A stretch of 64,000 nt of DNA from an uncultured Phycisphaerales bacterium (GCA_963844715.1 CAWJPJ010000004.1:128001-192000), one strand, 5' to 3'; shown: positions 1-10,119, counted from the first letter of the stretch. The notes: generated by a model from the sequence alone, not told the origin. Made by a program: numbers and translations.

Positions 1-493
1 GCAGGAGTACACGAGCGCACGGACCAGTTACGAAGGGGCCCAGGCTCGGGTTGAGGCGCTGAGTAAACAAACGGAAGCGGCCCGGGCTCAGCACGAAAAG
101 GCGATGGTGGAACTTGGGTATACGAAGATCGTTGCGCCGATTGCGGGGATTGTGGATACGCGGGTTGCGTTGCAGGGGGAAGTCGTAACGCCGGGGCAGC
201 CGATCGTGACTTTGATTAATCCGGATGATCTTTGGGTTCGAGCGGATGTGGAGGAGACATACATCGATCGCATTCGGCTTGGCGAAGTGCTGGACGTGAC
301 GCTCCCCTCCGGCGATGTCCTTCCGGGCAAGGTTTTTTATCGGGGGGTGGACGCGGATTACGCGACGCAGCGCGACGTGAGTCAGACCAAGCGGGACATC
401 AAGACGTTTGAGATCCGGCTGCGGTGCGACAACAGCGATCGGCGGCTGGCGGTGGGGATGACGGCTTATGTGACTTTGCCGCTGGCGAATTAG
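1..493 (+). CDS. HlyD-family efflux periplasmic adaptor subunit (5' end outside window)
   Basis: IVAPIAGIV...GEVVTPGQPIVTL lipoyl-like motif and C-terminal LAVGMTAYVTL; first gene of an ABC exporter operon. Confidence 0.85.
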   Translation, partial: QEYTSARTSYEGAQARVEALSKQTEAARAQHEKAMVELGYTKIVAPIAGIVDTRVALQGEVVTPGQPIVTLINPDDLWVRADVEETYIDRIRLGEVLDVTLPSGDVLPGKVFYRGVDADYATQRDVSQTKRDIKTFEIRLRCDNSDRRLAVGMTAYVTLPLAN

Positions 494-499
494 TGAATC

Positions 500-1493
500 A
501 TGGAAGCCATTGAAGTCGACAAATTGACGAAATGCTTCGGCGATTTTACCGCCGTGGACCATATCGAGTTCACGGTGGCTCATGGGGAGGTTTTTGGGCT
601 GCTTGGGCCCAACGGGGCGGGGAAATCGACGCTCATCCGCATGCTTACGACCTTGGTCCCGCCGACGTCGGGAACGGCGCGCGTGAACGGGTTTGACATC
701 GTCCGACAGGCGAATGACGTGCGGCAATCGATCGGGGTTATTCCGCAGGCGATGACGTCCGATCTCGATCTCAGCGCCAGGAAAACATGAGCATCTTTGC
801 AAAGCTTTATGGCATCTCGCGCGAAAAGCGATCGCGAACCATCGCTCAATTGCTTAAAGATGTCGATCTTGAGAAATGGGCGGACAAGCCGGTCAAGATG
901 TTTTCGGGGGGAATGCGGCGGCGACTTGAGATCGCGGCGGGCTTGTTCACGAGCCGAAGCTATTTTTTCTTGACGAGCCGACGACCGGGCTTGATCCGGT
1001 GTCTCGCGTGGCGGTTTGGGAGATGCTTAGCCGACTGAAGAGCGAGCGCGATTTGACGATTCTTGTGACTACGCACTACATGGACGAAGCCGACAAGCTT
1101 TGCGATCGGATCGCGATCGTGGATCATGGAAAACTTGTCGCGCTGGACTCGCCGCTGAAATTGAAGGCGTCTATTCCCGGGCAGAATGTTCTGGAGGTTA
1201 GTTTTTCGGGCATTCCTGATAATTGGATGGAGATTTTGAAGGGTTTGCCGGACGTTGCGGGGGTGAAGGCGCAGGATCATGTGTATCGAATCTCGTCAGA
1301 TAACGGGCCGAAGACGACGATTGCGCTCTTCGAAGCGGCGCGACAACACAATGCGACGATTAACTCCCTGAATGTTCAAAGTACGACTCTCGACGACGTG
1401 TTTGTGCAATACACCGGGCATCAGTTGCGTGATGCGCTTCAGGCGCCGAATGCGGCGAATAGCCCGTTTTTGATGAATCGGCCTGGTGTGTAA
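500..1493 (+). CDS. ABC-2 exporter ATP-binding protein (DrrA/YbhF-like), split by about 2 frameshifts
   Basis: Walker [10 protein letters not shown] (ORF 500-790), signature [12 protein letters not shown] (ORF 787-1038), [14 protein letters not shown] (ORF 999-1493). Confidence 0.9.
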
Positions 1494-1506
1494 AGGAGAG
1501 TTTTGT

Positions 1507-2619
1507 ATGCATCGAGTTTGGGCCATCATCGAACGCGATCTGCGGCGGTTCCGGCGCAGTCCGGTGCTGGTCATCGTCTCGATTATCATGCCGCTGGTGC
1601 AACTGGTTATCCTAGGGTATGCGTTTGGGGGGAAGATTAAGAATTTGCACGTCGGGGTTCTGGATCAGGATCGTGGGGTGCCGGCTGTGAAGATCAAGGA
1701 GATGTGCCAGGCGATTGCGGCTAATGCGCAGACGTTTGATACGGTTCCCTACACGGATCAAACGACGATGCTCAGCGATCTTCGCGATGGAAAAATCAAC
1801 GGCGCGCTGACTATTCCGCCGGAGTTTTCGAGAAAGGTTCTGGCTGGGGAAAATCCGCGGATCGCGCTGGTTGAGGATAATACCGATCAGTTCTCGGCGT
1901 CCGCGCTCTCGGAAAGTCTGACTGGGTTGCTGGAGACTTACAACGGGCCGGCGGTTGCGCCGCGAGTTTCATCGGACGTCGATCTCTCGGTGGTGGAAAT
2001 CTATCCTTACGTTCCGTATATCCAGTTTCTCCTGCCGGGAACGATCGTGCTTTCGGTTTTCGTCTCGGCGATGATCGGCGGGGGAATCATCTTCATCGAC
2101 GATAAGGCCCGCGGACTGCATGAGGGGTATCTGGTTACGCCGATTCGCAAATTTGAGTTGATACTTGGGTTCACTTTGGCCGGGACGGCTAAGGGGATTA
2201 TCTCGGGACTGGTTTTGATCACCGTCGGGTCTCTGATCGCCGAAATCCCTGATCCGCTGAATGTTCTGCGCATGGCCAGGCTGCTCATTATGGTTGTATT
2301 CACTTCGATGGCTTTGATCAGCATGATGTTCCTGATCATGGTTCGCGTGAGCGATCCGCTGGTCCCGCGCGCGATTTTCGGGATGCTCAATACGGTTTTG
2401 TATTTTCCTAGCGGGGCGGTTTATCCCACGCAATCGTTTCCGGCTTGGATGAGGGCGATCACGGCGGTTGACCCGTTTACGTATGCGGTGAATGGGTTCA
2501 AGGAACTGATTTTGAAGAACACGGGGTTGATGGCGGTAAGCACGGATCTGGCGTTTTTGGGCGGGTTCACGGTGCTGGCGATGTTTGCGGCTACGGTGTT
2601 GTTTAAGCGGACGCTGTAG
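1507..2619 (+). CDS. ABC-2 type transporter permease
   Basis: N-terminal TM, extracellular domain, several C-terminal TMs; SD-like AAGGAGAG upstream of ATG 1507. Confidence 0.9.
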   Translation: MHRVWAIIERDLRRFRRSPVLVIVSIIMPLVQLVILGYAFGGKIKNLHVGVLDQDRGVPAVKIKEMCQAIAANAQTFDTVPYTDQTTMLSDLRDGKINGALTIPPEFSRKVLAGENPRIALVEDNTDQFSASALSESLTGLLETYNGPAVAPRVSSDVDLSVVEIYPYVPYIQFLLPGTIVLSVFVSAMIGGGIIFIDDKARGLHEGYLVTPIRKFELILGFTLAGTAKGIISGLVLITVGSLIAEIPDPLNVLRMARLLIMVVFTSMALISMMFLIMVRVSDPLVPRAIFGMLNTVLYFPSGAVYPTQSFPAWMRAITAVDPFTYAVNGFKELILKNTGLMAVSTDLAFLGGFTVLAMFAATVLFKRTL

Positions 2620-2650
2620 AACGAGCTCGGCTAGGCGGCTGCTGTTTCGG

Positions 2651-2659
2651 TGGTATAAT
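2651..2659 (+). promoter_or_regulatory. Extended -10 promoter (TGgTATAAT) for a probably leaderless hicB transcript
   Basis: TGGTATAAT ends 6 nt before ATG 2666; no SD. Confidence 0.55.
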
Positions 2660-2665
2660 CGTGCT

Positions 2666-2857
2666 ATGCTTCGACGTATTCCATTAATCTTCGCGCCGCA
2701 GCCGGAAGGGGGTTTCACTGTTACCTCTCCGATTCTGCCGGAGTTAGTGACGGAGGGCGACACGCTGGCTGAAGCGTATGAGAATGTCGCCGATGCGCTC
2801 GCTGCGGTATTCGAACTGTACGACGAACAAGGCCGGCCGCTTCCCCGCGGCATTTGA
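2666..2857 (+). CDS. hicB: HicB-family antitoxin (no adjacent HicA seen)
   Basis: PQPEGGFTVTSPILPELVTEGDTLAEAYENVADAL is the HicB N-terminal signature. Confidence 0.8.
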   Translation: MLRRIPLIFAPQPEGGFTVTSPILPELVTEGDTLAEAYENVADALAAVFELYDEQGRPLPRGI

Positions 2858-2939
2858 TACGGCTTGAACAGATCCCCAAGACGAAAATCAAACAGGAGGT
2901 GTCCCATGCGTCACGACGAGGAAAACTGCTTTTGAGTCG

Positions 2940-3136
2940 ATGAGCAAGCGACGGCGAGGGTATCCGAGCGAAACCCACGTTAAGCGCGGCGTTCGCCTCA
3001 TCAAGGATAAGGAACTGATAGAGAAACTTGGGCGTAACGATCTATGCCCCTGCGGTTCGGGCAGCTGCTTTCAAAAAATGTTGCCTGCGAACAGGACGCT
3101 TTTGACGGCATAAACCGCCACTATTATTATCGATAA
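2940..3136 (+). CDS. Small SEC-C metal-binding motif protein (frameshifted near its 3' end)
   Basis: [17 protein letters not shown]...[14 protein letters not shown], then [10 protein letters not shown] and [11 protein letters not shown] in shifted frames. Confidence 0.75.
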
Positions 3137-3144
3137 GAGCAAGT

Positions 3145-3179
3145 CGGCCGGCGGGTGTTGATCCGCCGGCCGTTTTCTT
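3145..3179 (+). terminator. Intrinsic terminator
   Basis: CGGCCGGCGGG-loop-TCCGCCGGCCG followed by TTTTCTT. Confidence 0.75.
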
Positions 3180-3288
3180 GATATCACCCCGATCGAGGAG
3201 CTATTATCGAACGCCAACCCCTTGCGGCTCGTAAGGATAGGAGCGCCAACGCCCTGTAAGACGCTGGAAAAATCTATAGTGACAGGGG

Positions 3289-3316
3289 TTGACGCGACGA
3301 TTTAGAGACGTATACT
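3289..3316 (+). promoter_or_regulatory. Sigma70-type promoter of the rRNA operon
   Basis: TTGACG-N16-TATACT about 490 nt upstream of 23S; a 16-bp spacer is typical of rrn promoters. Confidence 0.6.
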
Positions 3317-3589
3317 TCCCCACCCTTGGCCATGAGGCCTTTGGATGCGAAGGACCACGAGGTTATCACTAGAGGAAAGTAGGTTTGACACTTCCGTACG
3401 ATTTTCCGCCCGACTCCCGCGGTGACCCCTTCCAATAAGTTAGGTCGCTGCGACGATGCGGCGACGAATTTTCGAGCCTGATGCGGTATTGGCCGCAAGT
3501 GGCTTTTTGTCGAATTTGGGTCAGTCCATCCCGTTAAGTCGGGGTTGATTGACCCGCATTTGGCGGGAGGTTTCAAGTAATTGAAACCG

Positions 3590-3601
3590 GCTCTTTGAAA
3601 A
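3590..3601 (+). promoter_or_regulatory. rrn boxA antitermination element
   Basis: GCTCTTTGAAAA in the rRNA leader, directly before an arm of the processing stem. Confidence 0.65.
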
Positions 3602-5034
3602 GTGAATAATTGAGGTTCAAGGTTTATAGAAAATAGACCTCCGCGACTTCTGTCTTTATTAATTTTGGTTTTTCCGTCTCGGTTCGGATGCAAGTCCGGC
3701 CGAAGGCAGAAGTCGTCGAGCACCTTTTTTGGCGAAAGCGGGTCACAGGAATCTTTTTCCGACGCGCAGCATGAATAATGCGAGAACGGCGGTGATCGAT
3801 AAATGTGATCAAGCTATTAAGGGTGTATGGTGGATGCCTTGGCATCGAGAGGCGATGAAAGACGTGGCAGCCTGCGATAAGCTCCGGGGAGCTGGCAAAC
3901 AAGCGACAATCCGGAGATTTCTGAATGCGGAAACGCGGTCCCGAGTTAATCGGGGTCATCCGGCGCTGAATTCATAGGCGTTTGGAAGCAAACCCAGGGA
4001 ATTGAAACATCTTAGTACCTGGAGGAAAAGAAAGAGACATCTATTCCGTAAGTAGCGGCGAGCGAAAGCGGAACAGCCCAAACCGGGATTCGTCCCGGGG
4101 TTGCGGAAGCACTGAGGGGTTACAAAACCGTCGATAGCGGAACAGCCTGGAAAGACTGGCCATAGAGGGTGATAGCCCCGTATGCGACATCGACTGGTCC
4201 CCGTTAATATGTGCTCTCCAGAGTAGCATCGGACTCGTGGAATCCGGTGTGAAACCGCCCGGCCCACCGGGCAAGGCTAAATACTCCTCGATGACCGATA
4301 GTGAACAAGTAGGGCGATTGAACGGTGAAAAGCACAGCTATTAGCTGAGTCAAAAGTACCTGAAACCATACACTTACAAGCGGTCGGAGCACTATGGCCC
4401 GGAGCAATCCGGCAATGTGTGACGGCGTACCTTTTGCATAATGGACCGGCGAGTGCATGTTTGCGGCAAGGCTAAGGCGCGATCAGCGCTGGAGCCGTAG
4501 CGAAAGCGAGTCTTAAAGTGGCGATATAGTCGTAGGCATGCGGCCCGAAACCTAGTGATCTACCCGTGGTCAGCGTGAATGCCCCGTAAAAGGGGCAGGA
4601 GGCGCGAAGCCGTGAACGTTGAAAAGTTCTGGCATGAACTGCGGGGAGGAGTGAAAGTCTAATCAAACTGGGAGATATCTGGTTCTCTTCGAAATGCCTT
4701 TAGGGGCAGCCTGGAACAACTACCCTTGGGGGGTAGAGCTACTGAAAGGAGACGTGGGGCTACCCGCCTGCACGCTCCTACCAAACTCCGAATACCCAAG
4801 GGACTACTTCCGGAGTGAGTCCGCGAGGGATAATCTTCGCGGTCAAGAGGGAAACAACCCAGACCGTCTGCTAAGGTCCCCAAATCCAGCTTAGTTCGTT
4901 AGGAAGTTATTGTGCTGAGACAGCCAGGATGTTGGCTTAGAAGCAGCCACCATTTAAAAAGTGCGTAATAGCTTACTGGTCGAGCACAGTAGCGCCGTAA
5001 ATGATCGGGAATAAGCAGGATACCGAAGCAGCGG

Positions 5035-5473
5035 GTTCTAGAGACTAGAACCTTGATACTAGAAACTAGAGAGAACTCCATGCTCTTTGGCAAGCTCATC
5101 GTTTTTCAGAAAGCGTATGACTTGTCGCTCTCGATCCACAAACGATCGATTGGCTTTCCCAAATTCGAGCAGATGGAATTGGCGTCGCAAATACGGCGCA
5201 CCAGCAAATCCATCTGTGCGAATCTTGGCGAGGGAATGGGCAAGCAAACATCCTCGAAGGATGTTGTTCGCTTTTCTGCGCATAGCCATCGGCTCATGCG
5301 ACGAAACACGAATCTGGCTGAAATACTCGTACGACCTCGGCTACCTAGATGCCGGGGAATACGAGCAATTTGATGCCGGATACGTGGAAGTGGGCAAAAT
5401 GCTGACTGGCTTAATCAAAAGATGGTCGGTCGAATCCTCTAGCCCCTAGTGTCTAGGTTCTAGTCTCTGGAAC
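5035..5473 (+). mobile_element. 23S rRNA intervening sequence (IVS) replacing helix 45
   Basis: Lies between CCGAAGCAGCGG and GGTAGAAGAGCG (helix-45 context); arms 5035-5073 and 5436-5473 are inverted repeats built of CTAGNNN heptads. Confidence 0.92.
5080..5449 (+). CDS. Four-helix-bundle protein (23S rRNA IVS protein family, PF05635/TIGR02436), 1 frameshift near 5270
   Basis: LIVFQKAYDL...FPKFEQMELASQIRRTSKSICANLGEG...RF / LRIAIGSCDETRIWL...DLGYL. Confidence 0.9.
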
Positions 5474-5495
5474 GGTAGAAGAGCGTTGCACGCCG

Positions 5496-5526
<31 letters not shown>

Positions 5527-6117
5527 CGCGTGCAAGCGAGAATGCCGGTATGAGTAACGATAATGCAGGTGAAAATCCTGCACGCCGAAAGCCTAAGGTT
5601 TCCTGGGGAAGGTAAATCCGCCCAGGGTTAGTCGGAAGCTAAGACGAGGCCGAAAGGCGTAGCCGATGCACAGCAGGTTAATATTCCTGCACCGTCTATA
5701 ACGGTTGAACCCGCGTATGTGTTTTTTCAAGGCAGATCCTCCGATCAGACGTGGAGGTTTCTGAGCAATCGGATCGAGGCCGCTTTGTTGCCGAAGTCTG
5801 TGGAGAAAGAACCGAGAAAAGTGCGCGGGGGACAATATAGGCGCCCGTACTAAAACTGACACAGGTAGGCGAGGAGAGTATCCTCAGGCGCTCGAGAGAA
5901 CTGCGGTTAAGGAACTAGGCAATCTAACCACGTAACTTCGGGAGAAGTGGTCCCTACCCAGCAATGGGAGGGCGCAGGAATCGGACTGGGCGACTGTTTA
6001 TCAAAAACACAGTTCCGTGCTAACTCGCAAGAGGATGTATACGGAATGACGCCTGCTCGGTGCCGGAATGTTAAGGGAGCTGGTCAGGGATTCGTCCCAA
6101 AGCTGGCAACCGAAGCA

Positions 6118-6161
<44 letters not shown>

Positions 6162-7140
6162 GTTCCTTGTCGGGTAAGTTCCGACGTGCATGAACGGCGT
6201 AACGACTTGGTCGCTGTCTCGACCGCAGACTCGGTGAAATTGAAGTGGCGGTGAAGATACCGTCTACCCGCAGCAAGACGGAAAGACCCCGTGGACCTTT
6301 ACTGCAACCTGGTACTGATGCCGGGTGTGGACTGCGTAGGATAGGTGGGAGGCGTTGATCCCTCGGTTCTGGCCGAGGGGGAGCCAACGGTGAAATACCA
6401 CCCTGTTTGCATTCGTCATCTCACCCTGACCCCTGAATCGGGGCAGGGAACCGTGCTAGGCGGGCAGTTTGACTGGGGCGGTCTCCTCCAAAAGAGTAAC
6501 GGAGGAGTGCAAAGGCAGGCTCAGGCCGGTTGGCAATCGGTCGTCGAGCGTAAAGGTAGAAGCCTGCTTGACTGCGAGTGCTACAGCACGAGCAGAGCTG
6601 AAAGGCGGCCTTAGTGATCCTGTGGTTGCGTGTGGAAGCGCCATAGCTCAACGGATAAAAGGTACCCCGGGGATAACAGGCTGATCGCCTCCGAGCGTCC
6701 ATAGCGGCGAGGCGGTTTGGCACCTCGATGTCGGCCCATCGCATCCTGGGGCTGAAGGCGGTCCCAAGGGTTTGGCTGTTCGCCAATTAAAGCGGTACGC
6801 GAGCTGGGTTCAGACCGATGTGAGTCAGGTCGGTCCCTATCTGCTGTGGGCGTAGGAACCTTGACGGCACCTCTTCCATAGTACGAGAGGATTTGGAAGG
6901 ACGGACCCCTGGTGTACCAGTTGTCGCGCTAGCGGCATCGCTGGGTAGCTATGTCCGGAACGAATAAACGCTGAAAGCATCTAAGCGTGAAGTCTATGCC
7001 AAGACGAGGGTTCCATGGGAGCTTGCTCCCGAGAGACCCCGAGTAGACCACTCGGTTGATAGGCCGGAGCTGTACGGATCGTAAGGTCTTTAGGTTACCG
7101 GTACTAACGGTCGATTGCTTGGTCACTTTTATCGATCATT

Positions 7141-7183
7141 CTAGAAGCTAGAGTCTAGGAGACTAGAAGCTAGAGTTTAGAAG
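7141..7183. repeat. CTAGNNN heptad tandem repeat (6 units) in the 23S-5S spacer
   Basis: ctagaag ctagagt ctaggaga ctagaag ctagagt ttagaag. Confidence 0.85.
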
Positions 7184-7297
7184 CGATTTAGTGGCCTGCA
7201 TTTTCCCAAGAAAGTTTGTTCGACGTAAGCGGAAGAACCTCAAACATATTCACTTGAAATTTGTCCCCGCCGGCGCTTGACGGCGCCGGCGGGGCTT

Positions 7298-7406
7298 CGT
7301 TGGTGGCTTTACCGGTAGGGTCACACCCGTTCCCATTCCGAACACGGTCGTTAAGCCTGCCGGGCCGATGATACTGCTTCAGCGGGAAAGTAGGTCACTG
7401 CCAGCG
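7298..7406 (+). rRNA. rrf: 5S rRNA
   Basis: CACACCCGTTCCCATTCCGAACACGG and GGGAAAGTAGGTCACTGCCA motifs; ends pair. Confidence 0.95.
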
Positions 7407-7414
7407 TTTATATT

Positions 7415-7454
7415 CAACCCCCGGTCCTTCGCTGGATCGGGGGTTGCTTTTTTT
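7415..7454 (+). terminator. rRNA operon intrinsic terminator
   Basis: CAACCCCCGGTCC-loop-GGATCGGGGGTTG followed by a T7 tract. Confidence 0.85.
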
Positions 7455-7494
7455 GTCGATGGATTCTGCACTGTTACCGTGCAGGGGTGATCTG

Positions 7495-7734
7495 ATGGGC
7501 CAGCTGAATATCCGTTTAACTCCCGACTTCGATAGAAAGCTGGCCCGGCTCATGGAACTGCGCGGGATTTCGACCAAGACAGAGGCGGTTCGCGCCGCGG
7601 TGAGCGAAGCCGTGGAGCGCGCGGAGCACCGCCCGACGACGAGTTGGGAGAAGTTGCGTGGGGCGGCGAATAAGTATGAGCAAAGGCCGCGCGAGCAATG
7701 GCTGACGGAAGACGATCTTTGGGGGGATAGATAG
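7495..7734 (+). CDS. Ribbon-helix-helix (VapB/CopG-like) antitoxin
   Basis: MGQLNIRLTPDFDRKLARLMELRGISTKTEAVRAAV fits the RHH pattern; followed by a PIN fragment. Confidence 0.7.
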   Translation: MGQLNIRLTPDFDRKLARLMELRGISTKTEAVRAAVSEAVERAEHRPTTSWEKLRGAANKYEQRPREQWLTEDDLWGDR

Positions 7735-7767
7735 TGGGGTGGTATGCGGGGTGTGGGGGGCGAGGCT

Positions 7768-7791
7768 CGCGGTGCTGCGCACCGCCGCTAA
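7768..7791. repeat. 24-bp palindromic REP-like repeat (identical copy at 17662-17685)
   Basis: CGCGGTGCTGCGCACCGCCGCTAA; stem GCGGTGC/GCACCGC. Confidence 0.8.
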
Positions 7792-7800
7792 TTAGTTGGG

Positions 7801-7935
7801 CGATGGAAATTGACCCAGGACCTGTCGATCATGGTTGTTTGCGCCGCCGAGTCTCGGAGAGAATTCCCCATGATCACATTGGATCAGGACTTCCGCCGTT
7901 GCGACCGCCCGTTATTGATCCCGTCGGGCCGGTGA
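7801..7935 (+). pseudogene. C-terminal remnant of a PIN/VapC toxin
   Basis: Frame from 7801 reads RWKLTQDLSIMVVCAAESRREFPMITLDQDFRR, matching the PIN C-terminal TxDxDF motif; no start or N-terminal half. Confidence 0.55.
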
Positions 7936-7971
7936 GGAAATATCTCGCGCATTGGCCGTATCTGATCTGAC

Positions 7972-8043
7972 TCCAAACGCAGTCGTTAAGCCTGCGGGGC
8001 CGATGATGCTGCTTCAGCGGGAAAGTAGGTTACTGCCAGCGTT
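7972..8043 (+). pseudogene. Diverged duplicate of the 3' two-thirds of 5S rRNA, followed by a related terminator (~8048-8085)
   Basis: 66/72 identical to 7337-7408 by manual alignment. Confidence 0.9.
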
Positions 8044-8100
8044 GAACTGACCCGCGGTCCCAAAAGGATCGGGGTTCTTTGTTTTCCACGGCGGGCTTCT

Positions 8101-9226
8101 TCAGTTGGCTCGAGTGGTCGAGAAATGCCGAGGATGCGGCGTGAGCGACGCCCAAAACGTCTCGCCAACCAGGGCCTTAATGGCGGCGACGCGTTTCAGC
8201 CGGGCAGACTTTGCAGTTTCCACGGGAATCTTGGTGGCGTCGATGATTTCCAGAACCAGCGCTCGCTCCTCGGACCATACGGCCGGATCGTCGAGCGGCT
8301 TACCAACAGCATGGTTGGCCAGTCTCGCGAAGTGCGCATCCACTTTTTGACGAGCGGCTTCCTCGATCGGCAGTTCCATCGGCTCCAGTAATTGACCGAG
8401 CTGCGCGCGCTGGGCGTCGTTCAGATCCGGCCATCCGGGAATTTTCCGACCTTGCGACTTTTCGGTCCAGATATGCTGCAGAGCCCAAAAGGCCCGTGCA
8501 TCGGAATCCGCTGGATCCATTGGCCGTAAATACAAGTTGAGTTTGATTTCGAACTCCCCGGATTTCTGCCTTTCACCGGACACCTGCGCAGCTGCCGGCG
8601 GTCACCAGCCAGTTGCCGGCGCCGACTCGCTGCACAACGCCCAGCAAATGTGCCTTCAGCCATTCCGAATCATGCCACGGGACGTTCGGCGCCGGGGCGG
8701 CGTTTGACGCGTCGGGCTTTTCGACGAGCGACCAGTGGATTGACCGTCCCTTGGCGTCTTTGATCCGCGTGACACGAATCGCCGTCGCTCTGCGACCGAT
8801 TCCCCACCAGTTACGCGGCGGCGGCGCGGGATCGTAATAAGCCAAGTACAGCGGCTTATCGCCGTTGGTGGCCGCCGCCTGAAATCCAAACCCGCCGACC
8901 CAACCTTTCACTCGAATCAGCCCACAGGATGTCAGCCCCGAGGGACTGAGAAGCCGACCCTCCTCATCTGTCAACACGGGCGTATCGCTCTCAAAGGGCT
9001 CGTCGTATTCCGCCTCATCCGTGATGAAGCGAGTGACGTAAGGCGTGTCCGGCGCGTCGACGATCCTTAGTGCCGCGGCGCGGTAAGCTGTTTGCCCGTC
9101 ATAGACGTCCACCACGGAGACATACCCGGTCCATTTCCCGTCCATTTTCTGCGGCATGGTCGCGCAACCGGCGACCGTCGCCAGAAATAGAAAGGCAAGC
9201 CCACATCCCGCCCGAGACCAGCTCAC
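8101..9226 (-). CDS. Hypothetical lipoprotein; ORFs 8573-9226 and 8101-8583 are possibly one frameshifted gene
   Basis: Signal peptide with lipobox-like VAGC; overlapping ORFs on the same strand. Confidence 0.5.
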
Positions 9227-9349
9227 GCGACGTCCCCTCTCCGATCACCCGATCACCGGCAACCGCTTACGACACATGACCATACCATTCCTCTCGGGCT
9301 CGGACTACCTTTTTTCGCCTTTCCCCCAAACTTGAGATAAACTATCCCC

Positions 9350-9785
9350 ATGCCGCCCTTTGACCGAATCACCTTCGACCCGCAAATCCTGGGCGGCCGC
9401 GCCTGCGTCCGCGGAATGAGGATCCCAGTCTCAGTCATCGTCAAACAAATTGCTCAAAATGTTTCGCGCGCAACTGCTTCAGGAATATCCCGACCTTGAA
9501 CCCCAGGATATTCAGCAAGCGCTCGAATCTTTCAAAAAGCCATTGCCGAAAAGCCGCGTTCTGTTGACCTTCGACCTGGACTTCGGCGAAATCCTCGCAC
9601 TGTCCGGCACAAAATCGGTAAGCGTTTTGCCATTTCGCATCGCAGATGCCACGAGTTCCAATCTGATTCAGCGGCTGGAGAAGGTTCTCCCCGACGTCGC
9701 GGAATCACTCGAGTCGGGTGCAATAGTCGTAGTCGAAGATACTCGGCACCGCGTTAGACACCTTCCTCTGCCCGGCCGTGGCTAG
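9350..9785 (+). pseudogene. DUF433 antitoxin fused by deletion to the C-terminal half of a DUF5615 (PIN-like) toxin
   Basis: MPPFDRITFDPQILGGRACVRGMRIPV...YPDLEPQDIQQALE runs directly into RVLLTFDLDFGEI...GAIVVVEDTRHRVRHLPL. Confidence 0.75.
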
Positions 9786-9951
9786 AGCGGTTTGCGGCTC
9801 CACGTAGCGGCCATTTGTCCACGGCTGCAACGGATGCCGCGTCTTCGCGGCTCAACGTATCTGATTTTCTGATACGCTTCGCCGCTCATCCTTGCCTCCG
9901 TTGCAGCCGAGGCCAACTGGCTCGCTACGTGGAGCCGCAAACCGCTCTAGC
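9781..9951. mobile_element. MITE-like palindromic element, 171 bp
   Basis: Perfect 29-bp inverted repeats 9781-9809/9923-9951 with CTAG at both ends; inner IR CGGCTGCAACGG/CCGTTGCAGCCG; non-coding. Confidence 0.8.
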
Positions 9952-10119
9952 GGCCAGTCCAACTTCGCTCCGTCCCATAACCCGCCCCCGTTTTTCACCC
10001 ATAAATCACCCCATTCCTCCATCTGCCGCGAAATCAGTAATTTATTGCCCACCCATGATTTTCGTTTACAATGCTCGGCGTGGTGGGTTCCGGTATGTCT
10101 CGCATCAAGGGATTTCAAT

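Noticed and set aside
5080..5449. Diversity-generating retroelement (four-helix-bundle protein read as Avd)
   Set aside because: No reverse transcriptase and no TR/VR pair with adenine-specific mismatches in the window; the gene lies in an rRNA IVS.
7141..7183. CRISPR array at the heptad tracts or REP repeats
   Set aside because: Units are 7 nt without unique spacers, or are dispersed single copies; no cas genes in the window.
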